DNA from: a virus
Taxonomy: Duplodnaviria > Caudoviricetes
IMG/VR virus record: IMGVR_UViG_3300032373_000001
Reading direction: 5' to 3' (one strand)
Length of the DNA: 64,000 nucleotides
This document shows positions 24,668 through 32,869 of this stretch, in pieces. Both the position numbers and the translations under genes were made by a program. The notes beneath the pieces are model-generated. The model did not search any database. It was given only the letters and a program-made list of their open reading frames with translations, and was not told where the DNA came from. Within the stretch, counting starts at the first letter, position 1. Each line of letters opens with the position of its first letter.

Positions 24668-26580
24668 CGACGGCGGCCTCGGGGAATGGTGCGACTACTG
24701 TGGGACCCTACCCCAGTGCGGCGCGCGGACCTTCGGGAATTCCCGAAGGGGGTCTTGCCTGCTGAAGGCAGGCCCCGGCGACCGGACGCCCCCAGCGTTG
24801 CATGCTGGTAGGTCTTGTTCTGGGTAGCGCAGAACACCATGCGAACCAAAGCGTCACTGTAGTCGTCGTGTTTCCCTTCCATCTGGGGGGCCTCGACGTT
24901 GACGATGTACTTGGACTTGTACTCCGCCTGAAGCTCCAACAGCTCTTGGATGTAGTCACACCACTCCTCGTCGTCCGCCAACGGCCAGTTGTAGAGCCGC
25001 ATCTTATGGTCCATCATGAGGTGCATGAAATTGGTGTAGACCTGGGAGTTGAAGCTGGGGTTGAACAGCTTCGACTTGATGTTCTTCAGGCCACGGCGGT
25101 TCAGCGCCTGCTCGAAAGGGATGCCAGCCCACTGGTCGAACATCCCCTCCACGATGTAGAAGCGCTTGCTCAGGTCGTAGACCCAGTCCGCGACGTGATC
25201 GAACTCCAACCGCTCGTAGTCTGCGTAGTCGCCCTCGCCAGCGCGGATGCGCTCGATGTAGTCCAAGACTACGTTGCCATCCGGGTCGTTGTGGCCAACG
25301 GCGACTGCAGAATAGTCGCCGACGAGGGCGATGTCGACGCCCATGAAGTGGGGGGCGCGAGGCTGTGCCCGGAGCTTGGGGCGCATGTCGGGGACCACGC
25401 AATCGTGCAGGTCCTTGGGGGTCTGGATCCAGCCACGAGTCTGATCGCTGAAGATCGCACCGAACTCAGTGTCGAAGACGTTGGGGTCCTTTAGGTAAGA
25501 ACCGACGAACGTCTCAGCAGGAACTGTGGGGTTGACCTCCCACGTAGGGGCCTGGATGCAGAGGAGGTTGTCTGCGGCTGCGTTGTCGCCAAAACCCAAC
25601 CGGAACTGCTTATAGAAAAGGCCCTGCTTGCCCAGCGGCGAGGAGATCATGATGATCCGACCCTCGTTCTCTCCGACAGGCTTGGTCTTGTCGTTGGGGT
25701 CCTTCTTGCTGAAGGTACGGGTAGAAGGCTCGACCGCCTGATAGACCTCGTCGGCCGACGCCTGCCCCTTGTCTCCGAAGTGAGCGACCTCATCCAGGGC
25801 AACCAGCAGGTTGGCTCCACCACGAAGGCCCTTAGCCACACAAGACCGGAAGGTCACGTTGATGCTGAACCGGGCCTTGGGGTTGTCCGCGTAGGACCCG
25901 TACTGCTCGATGTCATAGGGGGTCTGGAAGGTGGCATAGCTCTGCGTGGCGTTCGCAGCATAGGGTCGGAAGAAGTCACACTTGGTGAAGTGCCCCGAGG
26001 CCTCCCTGTAGAGCAAGGACGCCTGGTCCTTGTCGGTAGCGACCGAGATCAGCTGGATGACGTTCGATTGAGAAGAGCCGTAGTATGCCTGGGGGTTGCC
26101 CTTCAGGAGGAGCTTGTACGCCTCATAGGCGACGATGCAAGACGTGATCAGCGTCTTCCCAGAACGGCGACCAACACTGAGTACCATCTCGCGGCGCTGC
26201 CTGCCAGGGACGACCGCATCGATGTTGCAGCGGCCCTCACTGTGGAGGTACTTGATGTAGCTGGCCTCGGTGTGGTACTGAGGGTTCTGCCGCCGGAAGT
26301 CTGTGATGACCACCCGATAGACGTAGAAACCATCCGTGTCAACGAGGTCTTCGTCGTAGGCTGGGTGGTTAGTCGGGATCGGCACATCCAGCGGGAACCC
26401 GAGGGGGTTGTCGTCCAGCCCCATACCATAGTGGGCCTTGAGGATGATACGCTGAACCGGGAACAGCTTGAGGCCCAGCCCCCACTCACTCTCCACGAAC
26501 GTAATGATGTCAACCGCCGCATCGTCCGTAGAGTTAGACGAGCGGCGACCGACGCCAGCTACCAGGTTCCCCAGGCTCAT
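24664..26580 (-). CDS. terL: Terminase large subunit
   Basis: Walker A SVGRRSGKT, Walker B VALDEVAHF, coupling motif MISSP, nuclease MGVDIAL and HDDYSDA. Confidence 0.92.
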   Translation of the reverse strand: MSLGNLVAGVGRRSSNSTDDAAVDIITFVESEWGLGLKLFPVQRIILKAHYGMGLDDNPLGFPLDVPIPTNHPAYDEDLVDTDGFYVYRVVITDFRRQNPQYHTEASYIKYLHSEGRCNIDAVVPGRQRREMVLSVGRRSGKTLITSCIVAYEAYKLLLKGNPQAYYGSSQSNVIQLISVATDKDQASLLYREASGHFTKCDFFRPYAANATQSYATFQTPYDIEQYGSYADNPKARFSINVTFRSCVAKGLRGGANLLVALDEVAHFGDKGQASADEVYQAVEPSTRTFSKKDPNDKTKPVGENEGRIIMISSPLGKQGLFYKQFRLGFGDNAAADNLLCIQAPTWEVNPTVPAETFVGSYLKDPNVFDTEFGAIFSDQTRGWIQTPKDLHDCVVPDMRPKLRAQPRAPHFMGVDIALVGDYSAVAVGHNDPDGNVVLDYIERIRAGEGDYADYERLEFDHVADWVYDLSKRFYIVEGMFDQWAGIPFEQALNRRGLKNIKSKLFNPSFNSQVYTNFMHLMMDHKMRLYNWPLADDEEWCDYIQELLELQAEYKSKYIVNVEAPQMEGKHDDYSDALVRMVFCATQNKTYQHATLGASGRRGLPSAGKTPFGNSRRSARRTGVGSHSSRTIPRGRRR

Positions 26581-27275
26581 GCGATCTTATCCTTCATCTT
26601 GCGCTTGGCGTCTTCCTTCCAGACATCAGCGTCCACCGACTTCACGAGATTGGTAAACGTGGTCTCGATCAGCTCCTCGCGGCAACCTGCCTGAGCCATG
26701 GCATCCTTGAAAGTCTCCAGGATGAACACGAACAGCGCTTCAAAGGCCGGGGAGTCCAGGTCGACCATGTTGGCCGAGGCGATCTTCTTCCTGTTGATCC
26801 AGAGGTCCGCCATGGACTTCAAGACCCGAGCGCGCTGCGCAGCGTACTTTGGGATGTCTTCAGGGCGACCTTGACGTTGAAGCTCCAGGCGCTCGAACTT
26901 GATCATCGCCGCTTCTTCGCTGAGCGCCTTCATCATCTGGGTGAAGGCGTCATCCCCCTCAGCGTCATTTCGGAGAGACTGAACCACCCGGTCGCCTGAG
27001 ACCAAGTCCTCCCGCGCCTCTTCGATCTCTTGGACCTGGGGGTTCGCAACCGGAAGGTGCGACTTAACCTTGTTCCGGCCCGGCTTGGACCGCATGACGA
27101 TGGGGGCCTTGGGGTTTCCCTTCAAGGTCAGGATCGCGTGGTCCTGAAGGTCCACCGCATCGGGGCGAACATAGCGCTCGTTGCCATTGGCGTCCAGGAC
27201 CTTGACACGCTGAGTCCCCGCAGGCAAGTTCGCCAAGATGTCTTTGCGGTCTTGGGGGGTCTGTTTCGTTGTCAC
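26577..27275 (-). CDS. Putative terminase small subunit
   Basis: 232 aa helical protein overlapping the terL start (ATGA); positional inference. Confidence 0.45.
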   Translation of the reverse strand: MTTKQTPQDRKDILANLPAGTQRVKVLDANGNERYVRPDAVDLQDHAILTLKGNPKAPIVMRSKPGRNKVKSHLPVANPQVQEIEEAREDLVSGDRVVQSLRNDAEGDDAFTQMMKALSEEAAMIKFERLELQRQGRPEDIPKYAAQRARVLKSMADLWINRKKIASANMVDLDSPAFEALFVFILETFKDAMAQAGCREELIETTFTNLVKSVDADVWKEDAKRKMKDKIA

Positions 27276-27297
27276 AGGGAGCCTCCGACAGGTGGGA

Positions 27298-28188
27298 TCA
27301 GCGGATCAAGACCGGACCGATCGAGGGTTCCCCGCTGCCCAGGACCCGGCGGTCGGGGCTGAAGGTGAAGTTCTGAGGAGAAGCTCCACCGCCATAGAAG
27401 GAAGTCCTGTTCCCGGTCGGCCCTGCGGGACCCGTCACAGTAACAGTCGGGCCCACAACACTGGCAGTGTACCCTGGAAGGGCATCGATCGCCGCCTCCA
27501 AGCGGGAAGCGACCGCATCTACATCAACGACAGCTGTGTAGTCGATCGTGATGGTGGTGGCAGCGTCCGGGGGAAGACCCGTCGTGTCGAGGGTGATGGC
27601 CCCTGTCGTGTAGTTGATTGAAGAGCCGCCAGGGTTGCCATCGCCAGTGAACCCTCCGACCCCATCACCCACCTGGGACCGGCCCACTGCCCCCGAGGTC
27701 CAATTTAGGGTGACAGAGCCCGCTTCGACCGGAATGTTGGCGGGAACATTGATCAGGTTGGGGCCTGCGGTGCTGAATACAGCAAGGGCTCCGTTGGGGG
27801 CAGTGTCGGTGATGTCCTCACCGGCGTAAGCTACGCCAGACTCGACGTCGAAGTCGACCCCAGACTCCAGGACATACTCCCCCAACCGGATCGTCGTAGG
27901 CCCCGCAAAACTGGTCGCAGCGACCGCGATAGTTCCAGTGGCCCGGACTGGGACCGGGGAGGTGGTGTAGTCCACGTGCCCCACCCGCGTATGAACCCCA
28001 GGCGAGTTGCCCTGCTGGTTCTCGGTGCCCTGCTCGTTGCCGGGGATCTCCGGGAAGTGCTGGATCGTGAACTCGGAACGCACCTTCACCGGGTTGCCGC
28101 TGGCACCCTTCGACGGGTCGCTGCTCCCCCGAAGGTTGGCGACCAAGATCTTGAACGGTTTCTGACCGGAGATGAGCTTGCGGGACAT
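27298..28188 (-). CDS. Putative virion structural protein (Gly/Thr-rich, Ig-like segments)
   Basis: 296 aa; GGSSINYTTGAITL...TITIDY segment typical of phage structural beta-domains. Confidence 0.5.
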   Translation of the reverse strand: MSRKLISGQKPFKILVANLRGSSDPSKGASGNPVKVRSEFTIQHFPEIPGNEQGTENQQGNSPGVHTRVGHVDYTTSPVPVRATGTIAVAATSFAGPTTIRLGEYVLESGVDFDVESGVAYAGEDITDTAPNGALAVFSTAGPNLINVPANIPVEAGSVTLNWTSGAVGRSQVGDGVGGFTGDGNPGGSSINYTTGAITLDTTGLPPDAATTITIDYTAVVDVDAVASRLEAAIDALPGYTASVVGPTVTVTGPAGPTGNRTSFYGGGASPQNFTFSPDRRVLGSGEPSIGPVLIR

Positions 28189-28211
28189 AGGCCCTCCTGA
28201 AACAGGAGAAC

Positions 28212-28227
28212 CATAGGCGAGTTACCG
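28212..28227 (-). promoter_or_regulatory. Promoter-like motif CGGTAA-N6-TATG
   Basis: Intergenic, 24 nt upstream of ATG 28188. Confidence 0.55.
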
Positions 28228-28243
28228 CAAGAAGCCCCGACGA

Positions 28244-29236
28244 TCAGGAGCTGGCGTATCCGTAGAAGAGCCAGCCGCCCGGCACAGGAACCGCGAAAGC
28301 GGGTCCCCACTTGTCGTTATTGTCCCCATCCTCGTACGCGAAATTCCGAGCTTCCCTCAGCGTTCGCGGCTTCCGGTCCCGGACCTTGAATCCGTGCTTC
28401 TCTGCGATAGTCCCAGAGTAGCCCTCATAATCTTCCCCTTCCTCTTCGGCCTCGAACCGCGCTTCGCTCTCTGCCGAAGCGCGAAGGTCCTCGAAGACCT
28501 TCTTGGGGTCTGACCCCCGGCCCCAGACAGAGAAGAAGTCTGCGCCAGCAGACTTCCCCCGTGCGGCCATGTACCGGGACAGGACGCGGAGCGGGTCGAG
28601 GGAAGCAGGTCTGCCTGCACTGAGGTTTTCCCGCCTCAGACGGTCCATCGTAGGCGGCCGGCATCCAGCCATGACTTGTCTCCCTTCGGGAGTGATCTCT
28701 CTCTCGATCGCGCAGGCAACCCTGCGTACCAGATAAGAGGGCCATTTCTCCGACCACTTGCTGTAGAAGAAGTCCTCGCCGCACACGCGGACGAGCTTCT
28801 CGGGGTTGGGCATGTTGGAGTCTGCTACCCAAACACACCTGCCCGTCAGGTCCCCGTAGCCTGCACAGTAGGGGGGCAATCCCCCTTCCGGCAACCCGTC
28901 GGTCACATCGAAGACCACCGAAGCGTGGGACCAGTCTCGACCTTCGGGATTCCAGGAGATCATGACAGGGGCACCTTTGTCGGTCCACTCCCGGAGTTGG
29001 GTGACTGTGGAAGGCGTCGTCAGGGTAGCCCGACAGCCGTAGTGCTGAGCTGTGGCCAGCGCCTGCTCCCACGCAGCCCCCCGCGTCGGGGTAGCCCCCA
29101 TGACCTGATTGACCTCATCCTCATCGCACTGATGCCCCAGAGCCTGGAGCGCCATACACATCGAGGTGGCCATACAGCTAAACTGAGTTCGCTGCCGGAC
29201 AGGTTTGATCATCGCCTTTGCGAAGAAATTCCTCAC
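28244..29236 (-). CDS. C39-like cysteine peptidase fused to a small unknown C-terminal domain
   Basis: GTG start 29236 (GTGA overlap, AGGAGG RBS); QRTQFSC (Q,C), WSHASVV (H), VADS (D). Confidence 0.7.
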   Translation of the reverse strand: MRNFFAKAMIKPVRQRTQFSCMATSMCMALQALGHQCDEDEVNQVMGATPTRGAAWEQALATAQHYGCRATLTTPSTVTQLREWTDKGAPVMISWNPEGRDWSHASVVFDVTDGLPEGGLPPYCAGYGDLTGRCVWVADSNMPNPEKLVRVCGEDFFYSKWSEKWPSYLVRRVACAIEREITPEGRQVMAGCRPPTMDRLRRENLSAGRPASLDPLRVLSRYMAARGKSAGADFFSVWGRGSDPKKVFEDLRASAESEARFEAEEEGEDYEGYSGTIAEKHGFKVRDRKPRTLREARNFAYEDGDNNDKWGPAFAVPVPGGWLFYGYASS

Positions 29237-31221
29237 GACTCCTCCTGTACGGGTGCCGCTGGCAAGCGGACCCAAAAAGTGCAACCCCGGCCGTGGCCAT
29301 CGCTTTCGACCCCCGCAGCACCCCCATGACGCTCGGCGATGCTTCTACAGAGCGCCAAGCCCACCCCCGTACCTTCAGACAGGTCAGGTCGGATGCGGGC
29401 ATAGAGACCCCAGATCTTGCCCTGCTCGGAGGGAGACAGACCCACCCCGTTGTCTTTCAGATACACAGTCAAAAACCCAGCGTCGATCTCTGACCAGACC
29501 GCCAAAGTCGGTTGCGGAGAAGTGTTGTACTTCGAGGCATTGCGGACGATGTTGTAGAACATTTCCCGGATCAGCCTGGAAGACCCCAAGACAGTGCAGT
29601 CCGGTGACGGTGCCATAGTGACACCCAAACCAGCCCGGCCTGCTTCTCGGACCAAAGACTCGAACAGAAAGTGCAAAGATACCGGCTCCAGCTCGTCAGG
29701 ATCCAGGTGGCGTGCCTCACTAAACCGATAGAGGCCACCGACCAAGTCCACGATCTTGCGGCCCTCCTCCGCAATCATGAGGAGCATTTCCCGGTGCTCC
29801 TCTGGGAGCTCGGGGGACTCCCAGAGGATCTCCTCGGCCAACCCCACGATACTACGCGGACCGCTCTTGAGCTGGTGTACGCTGGCAGAAGCAACGCGCT
29901 CCAAGTCCGCGTTGCTTCTGCGAAGAACTGCCAGGGCTTGGTGGGTGTCGTGAACGTCGGACCCCACAAAATAAATCTTGCCGGGGTCCGCCGAGACGGC
30001 GGACCAAGACACCCAGCGATACTCGCCGGTCTTGTGCCGCCACCGATTGCGGTACGAGGAAGAGGCACACCCGCTCAAGAGCTGGCCTTGAGCCTCGCGG
30101 GTCGTCGCCAAGTCTTCGGGGTGGATGAAGGACTCTACACCCTTAGCACAGAGCTCCCCCTCCGAAGAGGAGCCTGACCAACTCAGCAGAGCCTTGTTTG
30201 CCCAGAGGACCTTCTTGCCCTCTTGAATCCGAATAAAAGACAAAGACAGGTCGATCAACTCCTTGGCCTCTTCGCGCTCCTTGATGCGGGCGATCTCCCC
30301 CGTAACGTCTCGCCCGACCCCGTACATGTACTCCCCGATCAGGGACCCTCGCCACTCGATCGTGCGGTAAGGCCCCTTCTGGGCAGCGAGGGAGCCGGGC
30401 TTCGTCCGGTATCGGTTCCTGTATCCTTGAAGAGGAACCCCGGACTCTGACTCTTCTTTGACATGATCAGTGCCGGGGAGGTCCTCTGGGTGCATCAAGT
30501 CTTGGAAGCGGGTGGACTCGATCTCTTCGGGGGTCCACCCGAGAACGTCAGTCCAAGCCTTGTTCACACTGGTGTAGTAGTCCGAACCAGCCTTCATCAG
30601 GCCATACATCTCTGCGGCCTCGTCATAGATCGCCGAGGACAGAAACAGCCTCCGCTCGAACTCGACTTCTTGAGTGACATCGCGGGCCACCGCATAGATG
30701 TTCTTGCCGTCTAAGACAGCCCCACACCACTGAAGCCAGCGATATTCGCCCTTCTCCGCTGCGGGCGTCCCGGGCTTCGTCCGGTATCGGTTCTTGAACC
30801 GATACACGCGGGACCCGCCCTCAACATCACCCTTCTCTTCTACGGTTCGGAGGACGTCTTCGGGATGTACGAGCTCCTCCAAGAAGTTCATCGACTCAAC
30901 CTCTTCTGGAGTCCAACCCAAAACCGTTTCCCAGGCATCGTTTGGGTTCTTGAAAGAAGTGCCGCCCACCGGCATCAGGGCGTAAAGCTCATTTCCTCCC
31001 TCCAAGAGGCGTTGCATTAACAGGAGGCGCCGACCCCGCTTCTCCCCAGACTTAAACAGCTGACGCAGGACTACCAGAGAGACCAGCAGCAAGAGGGAAA
31101 CCCACCCCTGGTACACCCAAGAAGGGAAGTCCAAGAAGGGCTGCGAGATGGCCGAAAACCCCAAGACGCACACCAGCAGGTAGACCCAACCCTTGACGTT
31201 CGCGCGCAGCTCACTAATCAT
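29233..31221 (-). CDS. Membrane-anchored multi-PAS sensor histidine kinase
   Basis: Two N-terminal TM segments; three PAS-like repeats (HPEDV/HPEDL/HPEDL...NR[YW]R...YR); H-box SNADLERVASASVHQLK; N-box NIVRNASKY; G1 KDNGVG; G2 GTGVGLALC. Confidence 0.9.
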   Translation of the reverse strand: MISELRANVKGWVYLLVCVLGFSAISQPFLDFPSWVYQGWVSLLLLVSLVVLRQLFKSGEKRGRRLLLMQRLLEGGNELYALMPVGGTSFKNPNDAWETVLGWTPEEVESMNFLEELVHPEDVLRTVEEKGDVEGGSRVYRFKNRYRTKPGTPAAEKGEYRWLQWCGAVLDGKNIYAVARDVTQEVEFERRLFLSSAIYDEAAEMYGLMKAGSDYYTSVNKAWTDVLGWTPEEIESTRFQDLMHPEDLPGTDHVKEESESGVPLQGYRNRYRTKPGSLAAQKGPYRTIEWRGSLIGEYMYGVGRDVTGEIARIKEREEAKELIDLSLSFIRIQEGKKVLWANKALLSWSGSSSEGELCAKGVESFIHPEDLATTREAQGQLLSGCASSSYRNRWRHKTGEYRWVSWSAVSADPGKIYFVGSDVHDTHQALAVLRRSNADLERVASASVHQLKSGPRSIVGLAEEILWESPELPEEHREMLLMIAEEGRKIVDLVGGLYRFSEARHLDPDELEPVSLHFLFESLVREAGRAGLGVTMAPSPDCTVLGSSRLIREMFYNIVRNASKYNTSPQPTLAVWSEIDAGFLTVYLKDNGVGLSPSEQGKIWGLYARIRPDLSEGTGVGLALCRSIAERHGGAAGVESDGHGRGCTFWVRLPAAPVQEES

Positions 31222-31640
31222 CGAAATTCCGGGAGCTCCGCAAGGTCCAGCCAGAAGTCCGATACTACCTGCACCAAGCTGTCCAAGTCTTGGCGGCCGA
31301 CCGGCTTCTTGAGGTAGCTGTTGGCACCTTGCTCGTACGCACGGACGATGTCCGACGGGGAGGGGGATGTCGTCAGGACCAAGACTGGGATCTTCCTCAA
31401 CAACGCATCCGTCTTTCGGAAGGCCAAGAACTCATGCCCATCCATGACAGGCATGATCAGGTCCAGCAAGATCAGCTGGGGGCGGAGACCCAGCTCAACC
31501 ATAGAGATCGCGTCTCGCCCGTGCACCGCCACCTTGACTTCCACATTCTTGGGGCCATGGCGCTCCAAAGCCTTCCGCATGAGAAAAGCGTCTGCGGGTC
31601 GATCGTCCACGACCAGCAGGACTGGGATTTGGCGAGGCAT
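31218..31640 (-). CDS. Single-domain response regulator (Rcp1/CheY-like receiver)
   Basis: VDD, LILLDLIMPVMDG (phospho-Asp), VLTTS (Thr), YLKKP (Lys) all intact; probable ATG 31640. Confidence 0.92.
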   Translation of the reverse strand: MPRQIPVLLVVDDRPADAFLMRKALERHGPKNVEVKVAVHGRDAISMVELGLRPQLILLDLIMPVMDGHEFLAFRKTDALLRKIPVLVLTTSPSPSDIVRAYEQGANSYLKKPVGRQDLDSLVQVVSDFWLDLAELPEFR

Positions 31641-31641
31641 C

Positions 31642-32202
31642 TCAGCCCCCCGCCATCTGCAAGAAGCCATAGGCTGCTGCGCCACCTACGCCGACCAACC
31701 CCGCCGCCCAGAGGAGGTACTTCCCGAAGCCTTCCCACAGCACGGAAGCTGCCTCGCGGAGTTGCCTGTTCGCCTCATCTTCCCTTCGCCGGGCTGCCTC
31801 CACTTCTCGGTCAGAGAGCTGATGCGCCCGTTCGGCGGAACGCTCCTCCCGGTCCCCAGAGTGCTGGAGCACTCTCTCGATCAGGGACTTCTGATCGGCC
31901 ATCTGGTCCTGACGCTCTTTGCGTTCTTGCGCCAAGAGCTCGTCCATCTTGCCCACAAAGCCGCTGATGGTAGAGAGCAAGGTCTCAGTGGTGACGGTCT
32001 GTTGGGTAACCGAGCGGTCCAAGTTGTCCAACTTGGCCGAGAAGTCCCTCCGCAGAGAAGAGACCTCCGAGCTCTGTTGGGTCACCAAGTGCTTCTGGGA
32101 CTCCAAGAGCGCAGTGATCGAATCGGCCAAGTGAGACATAGAGGTGTCCAGCCGCACCAAAATGTCGCGCTCAGTCATCTGCGCTGTGCGATGCTCTTCC
32201 AA
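31642..32202 (-). CDS. Coiled-coil protein with a C-terminal transmembrane helix (holin/XhlA-like candidate)
   Basis: Heptad-rich N-terminal region; hydrophobic YLLWAAGLVGVGGAAAYGFL at the C-terminus. The holin call is inference. Confidence 0.45.
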   Translation of the reverse strand: MEEHRTAQMTERDILVRLDTSMSHLADSITALLESQKHLVTQQSSEVSSLRRDFSAKLDNLDRSVTQQTVTTETLLSTISGFVGKMDELLAQERKERQDQMADQKSLIERVLQHSGDREERSAERAHQLSDREVEAARRREDEANRQLREAASVLWEGFGKYLLWAAGLVGVGGAAAYGFLQMAGG

Positions 32203-32227
32203 GTCGGCCCCCTCAGAGGAGGCCGGC

Positions 32228-32243
32228 GATAGGTCAGCGACCG
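32228..32243 (-). promoter_or_regulatory. Promoter-like motif CGGTCG-N6-TATC
   Basis: 26 nt upstream of start 32202; heads the TM protein-regulator-kinase-peptidase operon. Confidence 0.55.
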
Positions 32244-32806
32244 GCGTAGAGCTCGACCCTCAAGAGGAACTGCTTGAAAGCCTCGTCCGGGACCCACCCA
32301 GCGCCAGCGAACTCTTCCTGGGGCAGGGGGTCCGGGATATTCCCCCAGAGCTCTGGGATCGGCCTGCCTCGGAGGTACTCGCGCTCCGTGCTGAGCAGGA
32401 GGTTGTCCACCCAGATCAAATCCTCGGTCATCCCCGGAGGCAACCCGCGCCACTCCCAGACCAGGTCCTGAACCTTGGCTTCCAGAGTGTAGTAGGCATC
32501 CTTGATGCCCGGGAAGCGCTTCAGCGGTCGGGGGATGTCCACCAAGACATACTCAGACCCATCGTGGAACAGGAACTTGTGCGCCATCTCTTCATCGCCG
32601 TAGCGCTGGAGGATGTAGTCGTGCCCTCGCACGGAGTGTTCCGCGACGGAGTAGAAGCGGTGCAGGTGACCGGCGAAGCGGCACTGGTTGCTCAGCGCGC
32701 GAGCCATGCCGAAGAGGTCCAGCATCTCGATCCTCGGATCGAGAAAGTCGAAGGCAGTTGCATCGATGGTTTCGATGGTGCAGTGACTCGGTTCGATGTA
32801 TGGCAA
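32234..32806 (-). CDS. HD-domain phosphohydrolase (YfbR/YfdR-like nucleotidase)
   Basis: ARALSNQCRFAGH...YSVAEHSV...LFHDGSEY..VDIPRPLK. Confidence 0.85.
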   Translation of the reverse strand: MPYIEPSHCTIETIDATAFDFLDPRIEMLDLFGMARALSNQCRFAGHLHRFYSVAEHSVRGHDYILQRYGDEEMAHKFLFHDGSEYVLVDIPRPLKRFPGIKDAYYTLEAKVQDLVWEWRGLPPGMTEDLIWVDNLLLSTEREYLRGRPIPELWGNIPDPLPQEEFAGAGWVPDEAFKQFLLRVELYAGR

Positions 32807-32808
32807 AG

Positions 32809-32838
32809 GGTCCTCCCAGTCGGCCGACTGGGAGGACC
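32809..32838. repeat. Perfect 30-bp palindrome (terminator-like; contains the HD gene RBS)
   Basis: GGTCCTCCCAGTCGG|CCGACTGGGAGGACC between the sheath stop and the HD gene TTG start. Confidence 0.85.
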
Positions 32839-32869
32839 GTACCCCTTAAACACACATCCAACCAAACAC

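Noticed and set aside
32234-32806. HD hydrolase as DatZ of a 2-aminoadenine (Z) genome system
   Set aside because: No PurZ, MazZ or associated polymerase in this window; the motifs fit generic YfbR/YfdR-like nucleotidases.
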